Shown here: positions 1-10,447 of the stretch, one piece after another
Layout: each line of letters opens with the position of its first letter
Numbering within the stretch: the stretch's first letter is position 1
Origin: Spirochaetia bacterium
GTDB lineage: Bacteria; Spirochaetota; Spirochaetia; UBA9216
Direction of reading: 5' to 3'
Assembly: GCA_965140585.1 (NCBI GenBank)
Contig: OZ223264.1
Span: forward strand, 544,001 to 608,000
Length of the DNA: 64,000 bases
Made by a program: the position numbers and the translations under genes
The notes under the pieces: model-generated
The model's database searches: none
What the model was told of the DNA's origin: nothing
Seen by the model: the letters and a program-made list of their open reading frames with translations, nothing else

Positions 1-1
1 G

Positions 2-205
2 GAAAACAGCAGCATTATCTATCAGGATAAGTCAATTCCTGTCGATATAAATGATTACAGCAATGGAATCGAATGTATTCTTCGGAATAAAAACCGGCAT
101 AATCTGCCTATAAGTGATATACTGATTTTAAGAAAAAGTTTAAGCGTTGCCGGATCCTCTGACCCCGGTTCGATGACTGCTGCCGGTTCGGAAATAAATT
201 TATAA
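2..205 (+). CDS. 3' end of a hypothetical protein truncated by the window edge
   Basis: Frame 2 is open from base 2 (ENSSIIYQDK...AGSEINL) to TAA at 203-205, 11 nt before the next ATG on the same strand. Confidence 0.6.
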   Translation, partial: ENSSIIYQDKSIPVDINDYSNGIECILRNKNRHNLPISDILILRKSLSVAGSSDPGSMTAAGSEINL

Positions 206-216
206 GGGCTGTGTGT

Positions 217-1536
217 ATGAAAAAGATACTTCTCATTTTGACTGCTGCATTGATGCTCACTACAGCAGCCGGAGCACAGGAGGTTTCCGAAAAAAAGGAA
301 ATAGCCGTCTTTGCTCTTAATTATTATGACTGGTCAGTGCCTTCCGGGGCTCTGGGCATGGTTGATCAGCAGATCGTTTCCGTTTTCAACAAACTGGGCA
401 GGTTTAATATCAAAGGAATGAGCTACAGACTTTCTGCAGACAGTGTTGATGCATTTGCTGAGTATATAAGGAAGGCTAACGAGTCGAATCTTGTTGTTGA
501 TGAAAAGTACCGTCTGGGAGAGGAAACGTTCACTGAAGCTGAATTTCAGCGCCTGACAGGGTCTTTTATCATAGTTATTCCGGTTCTTACCTACTATGAA
601 TCGACTGTATCCGGAGACGGTACAGAATGGGAAGTACAGCTTCAGACTTCGTTCACGTTTATATCGGTCAAGGATTCCGGGACTATTGCCCATTTTCTGG
701 TTGATACTTACGGAAACGGCGACAGCCAGAGAGAGGCTGCTCAGGAAGCTTCATCCTCGATAGCCACCCAGCTGGATTATGAGATTAGAAGTATCGAGGA
801 GTTCAGGCTGAAAACCGGAATTCTTGAAGTTATGCCGGGCGGCAGGGTAATTATTGAACTGGGCAGTGATATGGGCATAATGAAGGGTGATGAGTTTTCT
901 GTGATCAATCCCCGGCAGCTTTCCAGCGGCCATACCGTCAACGAGGTTTCAGGGCTTGTTGTTGTCAGTGAGGTTCAGCCTGAAGTCTCTTATGGAAGGC
1001 TTCTTTACGGCGGAAAGAGCGTCTTTCCAGGCGATCAGCTGACTGAAATACCGCGCTTCGGGGCCGATGCTTCAGTCTATGTACGGGGGATGTTTGACAT
1101 TATCGGAGACGTTGAATTTTCAGGGGCTGCAGTCGGTGTCAGGACTTCTGCATCAAGAGGTTTCTACGGCCTCAGACCGGTTGTCGGACTCGAAGTGCCT
1201 GTAGGTGTCGGTACCGCTAATAATTACTGGCCGGGGCTTCCTCTTTCAGTATACGGCGGAGGTGAGTTTATGTGGTACTTCGGGCGGCTGCAGATTGAGC
1301 CGAATATTTCACTGGGGGCAACAGGGCTGGTTCCTATTCAGGATGATGAGCAGTTCTACCTCACGCATGTCGGCGGAACTATGGGGCTTGCAGTGAACTG
1401 GATGGTCTCTGACAATATGAGAATATTTGCTGAAGGCGGATATACTTACTGGTTCAGTCTTGTACCCGATATACTGACCCAGGTCCAGTCTTTCGGCGGG
1501 ATTTTTGGCGGATTGGGTGTTACATTTAAACTGTAG
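217..1536 (+). CDS. Exported/outer-membrane protein: signal peptide, CsgG/TolB_N-like domain, FlgT_C-like domain, C-terminal beta-barrel
   Basis: Sec signal MKKILLIL...AGA; 'IAVF' alpha/beta start; GRVIIELGSDMGIMKGDEFSV...GLVVVSEV resembles FlgT_C; alternating strands ending GGLGVTFKL. ATG 217 preferred to GTG 211. Confidence 0.6.
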   Translation: MKKILLILTAALMLTTAAGAQEVSEKKEIAVFALNYYDWSVPSGALGMVDQQIVSVFNKLGRFNIKGMSYRLSADSVDAFAEYIRKANESNLVVDEKYRLGEETFTEAEFQRLTGSFIIVIPVLTYYESTVSGDGTEWEVQLQTSFTFISVKDSGTIAHFLVDTYGNGDSQREAAQEASSSIATQLDYEIRSIEEFRLKTGILEVMPGGRVIIELGSDMGIMKGDEFSVINPRQLSSGHTVNEVSGLVVVSEVQPEVSYGRLLYGGKSVFPGDQLTEIPRFGADASVYVRGMFDIIGDVEFSGAAVGVRTSASRGFYGLRPVVGLEVPVGVGTANNYWPGLPLSVYGGGEFMWYFGRLQIEPNISLGATGLVPIQDDEQFYLTHVGGTMGLAVNWMVSDNMRIFAEGGYTYWFSLVPDILTQVQSFGGIFGGLGVTFKL

Positions 1537-1553
1537 ATATGGAGATACGTAAT

Positions 1554-2915
1554 ATGAGCATCATTAAGAGAACAGCAATTCTGCTGATTGCAGCAGTTCT
1601 TTCTACGATAATTTTTTCATGTACAACAACAGAAGCAGGAAAAGCGGGAGCCCGGAGCGGCAGACCGGTCTATTATGGATACGGTGAAGGCAGTTCTGCG
1701 CTTGAGGCTATGCGCAACGCCAGAATGTTCGCTGTTAAGCAGACCGCCGCGGACCTTCTTGAGACCGCTGCTTATGAAGCACAGAAGCAGGAACTTGATG
1801 ACCTGCTTACAGATATAACCGATTTTTCTCCCTATATTTATAAAGATTCACAGCAGACTATAAGCAGCGGGCAGTCTGCCGGCTTCAGTTATCAGATTGG
1901 AGTCCGTATGAATCTCGAGAGCATAGCTGATCTGCTGATCTCCAGAGATATCTTCGGCGGTCAGGTCGATGGTACTTCAGGCAAGGTCTACGTATTAAAC
2001 GATCAGAAAGCTCCTCAAGTAAAAGCTGATGCTGCAGCAGGTTCTGCTGAAGAGAATACCCCCTCCTCAGGAAACAGCGCTTCAGGAACCTCAAGTCCCG
2101 AGACTGTTCCTTCCGAAGTATCTGTTACTCCATATGAACTGGCAGTGATAAAGGAATATCTGTCTGAAATGACCTATATGGTCTATTTCAATGATGAAAC
2201 AGAAAGTGATCCATATCTGGCAAGGGCAGCGGTGGCAAGTGCAAACAGGTATCTTGAGCAGCAGGGCATTGAATACATAGATCTTAATCAGATAGAGAGG
2301 ATTAAAAGCGATCAGAGGCTTGTTTACGAGGAAGAGACAGGTGAAGCAGTAAGTGTCATACAGTGGATCGCCCACAAACTGAATGCCGATATCTATATTG
2401 AAGTTGCTCTTGATACAAGCAGCAGTACAAAAGACGGCAAATATTACGGTACAGCCTCCGTTACCCTCAACTGTTTTGATGCCTCAACTGCTATCGGGCG
2501 GGGTTCGGCGGTCTACCAGACAAATCCTCCTGCTTTCAGCACTGTTTCAGAGTCAGATGCTCTTAATAATGCTGTAACATCCGCAGCTTTCAAGGGAATG
2601 TCTGCAGCAGTAGCGAGTGCCGAAGAGGAAACTCTTAAGGCTCTTTCTTCCGGATTCAAGTACACACTCTATGTAGTAAATACTCCGGACTCCGGTGTTA
2701 TGAGAGATTTTTCAAAGAAAGTTGAGAAGAAGGTTAAAAATATCAAGCGTCTGTCTTATTCACCGGAGGAAACAATCTATGAAGTTTCGCTGATTGGTGA
2801 TATCGGTATACTTGAAGATCTTATTTATGATATTGCTGAGCTGATACCCGGGCTTGAAAACCTGACACTTGTAATGCAGCGGAGAAATTCAATCACCTTC
2901 GATACAGGAATGTAG
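1554..2915 (+). CDS. Lipoprotein with LPP20/FlgT_N-like N-terminal domain and CsgG-like middle domain
   Basis: Lipobox IIFSC; GYGEGSSALEAMRNA motif; S/A/P-rich linker; SD GGAGA at 1541-1545 favours ATG 1554. Confidence 0.6.
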   Translation: MSIIKRTAILLIAAVLSTIIFSCTTTEAGKAGARSGRPVYYGYGEGSSALEAMRNARMFAVKQTAADLLETAAYEAQKQELDDLLTDITDFSPYIYKDSQQTISSGQSAGFSYQIGVRMNLESIADLLISRDIFGGQVDGTSGKVYVLNDQKAPQVKADAAAGSAEENTPSSGNSASGTSSPETVPSEVSVTPYELAVIKEYLSEMTYMVYFNDETESDPYLARAAVASANRYLEQQGIEYIDLNQIERIKSDQRLVYEEETGEAVSVIQWIAHKLNADIYIEVALDTSSSTKDGKYYGTASVTLNCFDASTAIGRGSAVYQTNPPAFSTVSESDALNNAVTSAAFKGMSAAVASAEEETLKALSSGFKYTLYVVNTPDSGVMRDFSKKVEKKVKNIKRLSYSPEETIYEVSLIGDIGILEDLIYDIAELIPGLENLTLVMQRRNSITFDTGM

Positions 2916-2919
2916 GCTT

Positions 2920-4374
2920 ATGATAAAAAAACTGATTAAAGGAGCCGTTTCACTACTTGCAGTTATTCTCATTTTCTCCTGTGCAACTACATCAGGAGCT
3001 CCGGACTGGGTTACAAGCCCTCCGGCCGATGATTCTGACTTTGTATATTTTACAGGAATAGGCTCTGATGCTGACGGGGATACCGGACTTGCCTTTGAGC
3101 AGGCATCATCAATAATACTTTCAGATATCACACGTTATCTTGATGTTAATATCAGTTCCGATTCCAGTCTTGAACTTCGTGATGCCTACGGTGAATATGA
3201 ATCTGAAATCAAAGCCGTAATTAAAGAGAACTCATCCGCCCGTATTACAGGGATGAAAATTCGGGAAGTCTGGATAGATGAGTCAGGAGACGGTGTGGAT
3301 GTTCATGTTCTTGTTGAATATGAAAAAGCCGCACTTAAGGCAGAAAAGGATCGTCTGGAGGCTCTGTTTAAAGAGAAGCAGGAGGCAATTTCAGGTCCCG
3401 AAGCCGAGGGTGATGCCCTTGTTTCCGAAGAAAGGTACTACCGTGCTGCAGTAAAATTTCTTGAGGCGGCAATGGCTGCGTCAACCTCAGAGCTTGAGAA
3501 TTCAGCGATCAAATTTGAACGGAATATAAACAAAGCTAAGCAGGCTATAAACCGCATAGAGATTGAACCAGTGTCTGCACCTGAAGGGACATATATAAAC
3601 CGAAGTTTCCCCGAGTCTTTCAAGGTTAAACTTACCGGCGGAAGCAAGGCTCTTGAAGGTTTGCCTGTGACTGTCAGCTATAAGGAAATGCGTACAAACG
3701 GCAGAAAAACAGTGAAGACTTTTACCGGTCTGACGGGAGCGGACGGTGTTTTTGAGTTTAATTCTCCGGCACCGGGGTTTGTTGGAAAGGAAAAGATTAC
3801 CTTCTTTCTTGATATGCGTGCTCTTGTGGAACCGCTTGAAGACGTTCCATTCGAACTGCTGAAGTATGTGGACGGTCTGGAACAGGAAGTTAATAATAAA
3901 CGCTATGTATTTGAGTACAATGTATTCTCAATGGCTGTGGAGATTCCAACCTGCATAATGGTAATGGATGTTGATCGCAGCGGAAATCCTCTGGATAAAA
4001 CCGACACGGCCGCCGGAATCCTCTCTGAACTGTCGGCTGCCGGCTTTGATGTGTATGTGGTTCCGGTAGACTACCGGATGACGGCAGTTAACGATTCTGA
4101 ACTTATCAATATGATGAACGCCCAGTATGGAAACAGCTACGACCGCATGATATTCGGTACAGCCGAGATAAGCAGTTTTGAAGAAGGCAACGGAGCTTTT
4201 ACTGTAAAAGTAACCGGCAGTCTCAAGGCTGTAGAACTGGCAACCGGTAAAATTCTTTTCAGTTCGTCTGAACAGAAGAGGGCCATAGGCGGAAACAACG
4301 CCGGTACAATCTCTGCAGCATTCAACAGTCTTGGAAAGATTTACGGCGAAAAACTCGTCAACGAGCTGCCGTAA
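2920..4374 (+). CDS. LPP20-family lipoprotein
   Basis: Lipobox LIFSC followed by APDWVT...YFTGIG...A..QA, typical of LPP20; Ig-like middle region. Confidence 0.7.
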   Translation: MIKKLIKGAVSLLAVILIFSCATTSGAPDWVTSPPADDSDFVYFTGIGSDADGDTGLAFEQASSIILSDITRYLDVNISSDSSLELRDAYGEYESEIKAVIKENSSARITGMKIREVWIDESGDGVDVHVLVEYEKAALKAEKDRLEALFKEKQEAISGPEAEGDALVSEERYYRAAVKFLEAAMAASTSELENSAIKFERNINKAKQAINRIEIEPVSAPEGTYINRSFPESFKVKLTGGSKALEGLPVTVSYKEMRTNGRKTVKTFTGLTGADGVFEFNSPAPGFVGKEKITFFLDMRALVEPLEDVPFELLKYVDGLEQEVNNKRYVFEYNVFSMAVEIPTCIMVMDVDRSGNPLDKTDTAAGILSELSAAGFDVYVVPVDYRMTAVNDSELINMMNAQYGNSYDRMIFGTAEISSFEEGNGAFTVKVTGSLKAVELATGKILFSSSEQKRAIGGNNAGTISAAFNSLGKIYGEKLVNELP

Positions 4375-5125
4375 CCGACGCACATGATACGGACGGGTCA
4401 TTTGAGATGATTCCGTCCACGCCCTTTGAAATAAGCTTTTTCACAATTTCAGGATCATCCACAGTCCATGGCAGTACAGGCCTTCCTCCAATGCTTTTAT
4501 TGAAGAACATCGAAAGGCTGTTGACCTTAACGTGTTCGGGTTTCAGTATATCAGTATTTCCAATCCACTTTCCCTCACCAAGCCTCAGGTACCAGGGCAG
4601 CTCGTCATCGTTGCAGTAGATAATAGCTGTCGGTACCTCCTTGCTGTAGTTTTTGAAATACTTCAGCGGAAGTGGGTTGAAGGATGAGACTATGCATCTT
4701 TCATTGAGCTTGTATTGTTTAATCAGCTCATAGAGCTTTTTTTCGATACCCGATTCACTGCGCATGCGGGATTTAATTTCTATATCGTAATAGACCTTGT
4801 CGCCAAGCAGATCAAAAACTTCTTCAAGGAGAGGAATCCGCTCGCCTGAATACCCGGCATCCTTCCAGCCGCCCGCATCGAGCTTCTTAATCTCGGCAAG
4901 ATCGGTGTTTTCGACTTTTTTATCAAGTCCTGTAACCCTTTTCAGGTTGTCGTCATGGGTAACTACAAGTTCACCGCCAGCCGCAAGATGGATGTCCAGC
5001 TCAACGCCGGGAACCCCGCGGTTCAGGGCCTCACTGAAAGAAGCCAGAGTATTTTCAGGGGCAATTGAAGAATATCCCCTGTGTGCAAAGATAAGCGGCC
5101 TTTCGGCTCCCGGAAGTATATTCAT
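4358..5125 (-). CDS. Glycerophosphodiester phosphodiesterase (GDPD family)
   Basis: AHRG, PENTLASF, ELDI, VTHD, IEIK, WTVD and GIISN motifs. Confidence 0.93.
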   Translation of the reverse strand: MNILPGAERPLIFAHRGYSSIAPENTLASFSEALNRGVPGVELDIHLAAGGELVVTHDDNLKRVTGLDKKVENTDLAEIKKLDAGGWKDAGYSGERIPLLEEVFDLLGDKVYYDIEIKSRMRSESGIEKKLYELIKQYKLNERCIVSSFNPLPLKYFKNYSKEVPTAIIYCNDDELPWYLRLGEGKWIGNTDILKPEHVKVNSLSMFFNKSIGGRPVLPWTVDDPEIVKKLISKGVDGIISNDPSVSCASVTAAR

Positions 5126-5207
5126 ATAAAAATACTATCACCCAGTCAGTCTCTGTGTTAAGTACCATGATTGATAATCAGCAGTTTTTTGATTATTCTG
5201 TAACAGT

Positions 5208-6596
5208 ATGAATGAACTTGAATATACCACTGATGAACCCATTGCCGCACTTGCCACGGGATGGGAGGAAAGCGCACTTGCTGTAATCCGGACTAGCGGA
5301 ACATCGGTAATTGAGATGACGGCAAAGGTTTTCTCCGCCTCTGACAAGCTTGCCTCTGCGGAAGGTAATTCAGTTGTATATGGATATATAATTGATCCGC
5401 AAACAGGTAAAAAGGCTGACCAGGTCCTTATTTCGGTATTCCGCGCACCGCACAGCTTTACCGGTGAAGACAGTGCAGAAATCTCCTGCCATGGAGGAAT
5501 TCCTGCTGTTTCAGCCATCCTTGACATTTTGCGCAGGACAGGATTCCGCGACGCCGCACCGGGAGAATTTACCATGCGGGCTTTTGTCAACGGCAAGCTC
5601 GATCTGACCAAGGCTGAGGCTGTGCACGAGATTGTTACTGCAAAAACAATCCGCGCCCACAATCTGGCAGTAAACAGGCTTGCCGGAATGCTTGAGACCA
5701 GAATAAACAGCTATAAGCAGAATATTGTCGATATGCTCTCTTCTGTAGAACTTCTTCTCGATTACCCTGAGGATGAACTTGACGGGCAGATTGCAGAATA
5801 TCCGCTTAAGGTTGAAGATGTAACTGCAATAAGGGCGGAGATAGACAGGCTGGCAGACAGCTATTCTGTAGGCAAGGTCTACCGTGAAGGGGTACCTGTT
5901 GCACTTGCAGGCAGAACTAATGCCGGTAAATCATCACTCTTCAACCTCCTTCTCAAAGAAGACCGGGCTATTGTCTCCGAAATTCACGGGACAACCCGGG
6001 ATTATATCGAATCCTGGATTACCATAGATGGTATTCCAATGAGGGTTTATGATACTGCAGGCCTCCGCGACTCGGATAATCCGATAGAAGCAGAAGGCAT
6101 CAGGCGCAGCGGAAGGGTCATTGAAGGTTCGGCTATTGTGGTGTATCTTGTCGACTCAGTAAGCGGAATCAGCGACGAGGATCGGACCCGTATAGAGAGT
6201 TTTGAAAAAGACCGTAAGACCATAAAAGTCTGGAGCCGGACTGATCTTGCTGAAAGCGGGAACACGGGTAAAAAGGTCCCCGACGGTTTCATCGCTTTAA
6301 GCTCTGTTACAGGTGAAGGCTTTCCCGAGCTTGAGAAGGCACTGCTTAACGCAGCCTGCGGAAGCAGGAGTTTTGACGGCGATACGGTAGTTGATTCACA
6401 GAGGCAGTATGATCTGCTTGTAAGGGCTTCGGCCTCCCTCGGCAAGGCCGCGGAAACAGCCGAAGGCCGTATGCCTCTTGATATAGCCGCCATGGAGCTG
6501 CGGGCTTCACTTGATGCCCTTGGTGAGATAACCGGCGAAGTTAGTTCTGTTGATATACTCAACAATATGTTTTCCAATTTTTGTGTAGGTAAATAA
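5208..6596 (+). CDS. mnmE: tRNA modification GTPase MnmE
   Basis: PHSFTGED, GEFTMRAF.NGK.DL, GRTNAGKSS, GTTRD, DTAG, C-terminal FCVGK. Confidence 0.98.
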   Translation: MNELEYTTDEPIAALATGWEESALAVIRTSGTSVIEMTAKVFSASDKLASAEGNSVVYGYIIDPQTGKKADQVLISVFRAPHSFTGEDSAEISCHGGIPAVSAILDILRRTGFRDAAPGEFTMRAFVNGKLDLTKAEAVHEIVTAKTIRAHNLAVNRLAGMLETRINSYKQNIVDMLSSVELLLDYPEDELDGQIAEYPLKVEDVTAIRAEIDRLADSYSVGKVYREGVPVALAGRTNAGKSSLFNLLLKEDRAIVSEIHGTTRDYIESWITIDGIPMRVYDTAGLRDSDNPIEAEGIRRSGRVIEGSAIVVYLVDSVSGISDEDRTRIESFEKDRKTIKVWSRTDLAESGNTGKKVPDGFIALSSVTGEGFPELEKALLNAACGSRSFDGDTVVDSQRQYDLLVRASASLGKAAETAEGRMPLDIAAMELRASLDALGEITGEVSSVDILNNMFSNFCVGK

Positions 6597-6597
6597 T

Positions 6598-8466
6598 TTG
6601 AAAGACTGGGATTTTGACGCAATAGTTATAGGCGGCGGACATGCCGGAATAGAGGCCTCGCTTGCCCTTGCCCGAATGGGCTTTGAAGCAATGCTTATTA
6701 CGCAGAGCCTTGATGCAATAGGACGGCTGTCCTGCAACCCCTCGATAGGCGGGCTCTCAAAGGGCAATATCGTTCGTGAGATCGATGCTCTCGGCGGTGA
6801 AATGGGACGGCTGATAGACCGTACAATGATACAGTTTCGCATACTTAACCGAAGAAGAGGACCTGCAGTACAGGCTCCGCGTGCGCAGGCTGACAAATTC
6901 ATGTACAACCGCTACGCAAAGGATACGGTTGAAACTCAGAAAAATCTTCATCCCTTCCAGGATACAGTTACCGATTTTCTTCTGAACAGTGCCGGAAACC
7001 GGATTGAGGGCGTAATTACCGAGCGGGGCCGACGCTTCCGTGCCAGGACCGTGGTAATGACCACCGGAACCTTCATGGAGGGTAAAATTTTCATTGGGGA
7101 CTATGAAACCTCTTCAGGCAGGCTTGGCGAGCCTGCAGCACTGGGCCTTGGCCTTTCGTTACGGAAGCTCGGATTCACTGTCGGGCGTCTAAAAACCGGA
7201 ACGCCCGCCAGGGTCGCTTCCTCATCGATTGATTATAGCAAACTTGAAGTTCAGCCCGGCGATTCGGAAATGCTGCCCTTTTCATTCGAAAATGATGCAG
7301 TACAGCGTCCTGATCAGAGCTGCCATATAACATATACAAACGAAAAAACACATGAAATAATCCGTGCAAACATGGATAAATCACCGCTGTACGGCGGTAA
7401 GATAGTCGGTACCGGCCCCAGATACTGCCCGTCCATTGAGGACAAGGTCGTAAGGTTTCCGGAGCGTGAGCGGCACCAGATATTTGTGGAGCCGGAGGGG
7501 CTGAACTCCGAGGAAATGTACCTTAACGGTATATCATCCTCGCTTCCGGAGACTGTTCAGGAAGCCTTTCTGAGAACACTTCCCGGCCTTGAGCATGTTG
7601 AAGTTATGCGTCCGGGTTACGCTGTAGAGTATGATTATCTCGAGCCGACCCAGCTGACCCCGGCTCTTATGACAAAGAGGATCGAGGGGCTTTTTTCGGC
7701 CGGACAGACTAACGGTACTTCTGGCTACGAAGAAGCTGCCTGCCAGGGGCTGATTGCAGGAATAAACGCTGCAATGTATCTGCAGGGCAGGGCGCCGCTT
7801 GTTCTTTCCAGGGCAGAAGCCTATGCCGGTGTTTTAATTGATGACCTCGTTACCCTTGGTACAAAGGAACCATACCGGATGTTTACATCAAGAGCCGAGT
7901 ACCGCCTGTGCCTGCGCCATGATACTGCTGATATGCGGCTCACGGAGAAGGGGTACGCCGCCGGTCTGCAGACTGAAGAGGCAATGGCTCGTCTTACCGA
8001 AAAGCGTCAGGGGATTGATGAAATAAAGGAACTTTTAAACCAGCGCAGAATAAAAAAGGCTGATATTGAGAAGACACCTGAAATGGCGGAACGCTTCAAA
8101 GACAGGCTGGGTGAGACCCTTGAAAAACTGATGAGGATTCCTGATTTCAACCCGGAAGATTTGATAGATATAGAACCCGAGCTGTCGGAACGCAACCGTC
8201 AGTGGCTGGAACAGGCTGCTATTGATATAAAGTATGAAGGATATATCGACCGTCAGATGCAGCAGATAAACCGCTTTAAAAGAATGGAGAATCTTAAAAT
8301 ACCCGAAGATTTTAATTATGACGGATTATCCGGAATATCGAAGGAATCGATTGAGAAATTCAGAAATATCCGCCCTGTTTCCGTCGGTCAGGCTTCAAGA
8401 ATTTCGGGGGTGCGCTCCTCAGATATAGCAGTGCTTCTGGTAATGCTTGGGAAAAATAATGAATAG
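6598..8466 (+). CDS. mnmG: tRNA uridine-5-carboxymethylaminomethyl synthesis enzyme MnmG (GidA)
   Basis: GGGHAG, SCNPSIGG, LKTGTP.R, GPRYCPSIEDK, GQTNGTSGYEEA, YRMFTSRAEYR. Confidence 0.99.
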   Translation: MKDWDFDAIVIGGGHAGIEASLALARMGFEAMLITQSLDAIGRLSCNPSIGGLSKGNIVREIDALGGEMGRLIDRTMIQFRILNRRRGPAVQAPRAQADKFMYNRYAKDTVETQKNLHPFQDTVTDFLLNSAGNRIEGVITERGRRFRARTVVMTTGTFMEGKIFIGDYETSSGRLGEPAALGLGLSLRKLGFTVGRLKTGTPARVASSSIDYSKLEVQPGDSEMLPFSFENDAVQRPDQSCHITYTNEKTHEIIRANMDKSPLYGGKIVGTGPRYCPSIEDKVVRFPERERHQIFVEPEGLNSEEMYLNGISSSLPETVQEAFLRTLPGLEHVEVMRPGYAVEYDYLEPTQLTPALMTKRIEGLFSAGQTNGTSGYEEAACQGLIAGINAAMYLQGRAPLVLSRAEAYAGVLIDDLVTLGTKEPYRMFTSRAEYRLCLRHDTADMRLTEKGYAAGLQTEEAMARLTEKRQGIDEIKELLNQRRIKKADIEKTPEMAERFKDRLGETLEKLMRIPDFNPEDLIDIEPELSERNRQWLEQAAIDIKYEGYIDRQMQQINRFKRMENLKIPEDFNYDGLSGISKESIEKFRNIRPVSVGQASRISGVRSSDIAVLLVMLGKNNE

Positions 8467-9088
8467 TCTGCTTGAACAGGGGCTTAACAGGCTTGGTATA
8501 GAATGCAGTGAAAGGCAGTTTGAGCAGCTTGTGGCTTATATTGCTGAGATAGAACTCTGGAACCGTAAAATGAATCTGGTAGCCGATTCTGAAAGGGACA
8601 AGCTGGTAATCAGGCATCTGCTTGATTCTCTTGCCCCGCTGAATATTCTTAAGAATATTCAGGCAGAGAGAGTTGCAGATGTGGGTTCTGGAGGCGGATT
8701 TCCGGGTATTCCACTTGCTGTAATGATGCCTGAGCTTAAATTTTCACTTATCGAGCGATCAGGTAAAAAAGCCGGTTTTCTAAGAAGCGCCACAGCAGTT
8801 CTGAGGCTGGTTGATCGTGTAGAGGTTGTTCAAAGCAATATCGAAGAGGTTCATGATTCTTTTGATCTTACGGTGCTTCGAGCCTTCAGGGACTTTTCGG
8901 AGTATTATGGTGAACTGCTGCGGATTACAAAGCCGGAAGGTACAATTGCCGCATACAAGGGCAGAATGGATTCAGTTCAGGCGGACTTGAAGCGCTGCGG
9001 CATAAGCAAAGGTTTTTCAGTAAACGGGGTGGAGGTGCCATTCCTGGAGGAAGAGCGCAATCTGCTTCTGATTAGACCGAAACAGTAA
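8459..9088 (+). CDS. rsmG: 16S rRNA m7G527 methyltransferase RsmG (GidB)
   Basis: WN..MNL, RHLLDSL, DVGSGGGFPGIPLA; overlaps the mnmG stop. Confidence 0.96.
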   Translation: MNSLLEQGLNRLGIECSERQFEQLVAYIAEIELWNRKMNLVADSERDKLVIRHLLDSLAPLNILKNIQAERVADVGSGGGFPGIPLAVMMPELKFSLIERSGKKAGFLRSATAVLRLVDRVEVVQSNIEEVHDSFDLTVLRAFRDFSEYYGELLRITKPEGTIAAYKGRMDSVQADLKRCGISKGFSVNGVEVPFLEEERNLLLIRPKQ

Positions 9089-10442
9089 TTCTTTCAAGTT
9101 TTTTAACCAGATCTTCCTTTTCTATCAGGTCTATAAGACGGGCTTCCACAAAATTCTTGGCTCCGGTAGAGAAGAAACCGGCTGAAATGCAGATTCCCCG
9201 GCCGGCTCTTGTTTCCTTGATCTTTCCATACAGATCCCTGACTATGAGTTCTCCGGTCTGCCCTGAGGAGCGTACCATCCTGAATAGCACGATGTCTTCC
9301 CATTTTGGAGCTACTACCTCAACAAGCATATCGACATATTCATTCTGCTGTTTTGAGATCTCCATTACCTTGATCTTAGTCTTTGGAAAGAACTCGGATG
9401 TGAGTTTTCTGCACATGCTTACAAACTGAGGCATTGCTCCCATTAGATACAGCTGCAGGTTTGAGTTCTGGTTGAGTTCACCATAGTTTTTAAGCAGAGC
9501 TGCGGTATCCTTGTAATTTGGGTTAACTTCGTATATCTGCTGAAGCGGTTTGATAGCATCGGATATTTTAGAGGCTTTTATATAGCAGTTTGCAAGTCTG
9601 TATCTCAGTTCCAGGGCTACTTCAGCCTTGATTCCGGGATTTTTAAGTCCCAGTTCAAAATACATCGCAGCCTGATCAAAATTCCTGAATTTCATTGATA
9701 CGGTTCCCGCATAAATACATGCGTGGGCCCCGTATTTGCTGTCAGTTCTGATCGAACCGAATATTCGGAGGGCTGCATCAGACTGTCCAAGATTGTAATA
9801 GCATTCTCCCAGAGAGAAAACCAGTTCCTTGTTTTCACCGTCGAGTTCTATTGCTTTTTTCAAAACCTCAGATGCATCGGTGTATTTATTCATTTTAAAG
9901 AGACTGAGCCCCAGATACTTATAGGTGTTCTGATCATCGGCTTTCTGTGATTTAGCCTGATTTAGAAATCCTACGGCTTTTTCGTAGTTTTTCCTCATGT
10001 ATTCCAGATAGCCGAGGTTGTAATTTATTATAAATTCGTCGGAATTGACGGTCCTCGCAAGCATGAAGCCCTTGTATGCTATTTTGTACTGTTTTGTATT
10101 CAGGGCACAAACAGCGTGTTTGAGAGTTATTGAGAACTCATCGAGTTCTTTATCTGTTGCGCAAAGCTCAAGCAGCATGTCGAACAGTTTGAAGGCTTTT
10201 TCCCAGCTTTTGTCGTTATAATACATCTCAGCAAGGTAAAGCAGTGCTGCGGGATCCTTGGGGTTGGCGGCAAGCCTTCTCTGGGCTTCTTTTACTACAG
10301 CGGAACGGTCGTTAGCCTTTCCTTTTTCAAGTTTTGAATATGATTTAGAATTCTTTCTACCTTTTATGGCTAAGAGGACGATAATAATAGCAGCAACTGA
10401 AACCATGAGCGGTATTATTACATACGATTCAAGACCAAGCAT
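9072..10442 (-). CDS. Membrane-anchored TPR protein with C-terminal Mrr-like (restriction endonuclease fold) domain
   Basis: N-terminal TM helix, many TPR-pattern helices, C-terminal ..GELIVRDLYG..RGICISAGFFSTGA..IDLIE resembling Mrr_cat. Confidence 0.7.
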   Translation of the reverse strand: MLGLESYVIIPLMVSVAAIIIVLLAIKGRKNSKSYSKLEKGKANDRSAVVKEAQRRLAANPKDPAALLYLAEMYYNDKSWEKAFKLFDMLLELCATDKELDEFSITLKHAVCALNTKQYKIAYKGFMLARTVNSDEFIINYNLGYLEYMRKNYEKAVGFLNQAKSQKADDQNTYKYLGLSLFKMNKYTDASEVLKKAIELDGENKELVFSLGECYYNLGQSDAALRIFGSIRTDSKYGAHACIYAGTVSMKFRNFDQAAMYFELGLKNPGIKAEVALELRYRLANCYIKASKISDAIKPLQQIYEVNPNYKDTAALLKNYGELNQNSNLQLYLMGAMPQFVSMCRKLTSEFFPKTKIKVMEISKQQNEYVDMLVEVVAPKWEDIVLFRMVRSSGQTGELIVRDLYGKIKETRAGRGICISAGFFSTGAKNFVEARLIDLIEKEDLVKKLERITVSV

Positions 10443-10447
10443 GGTTC

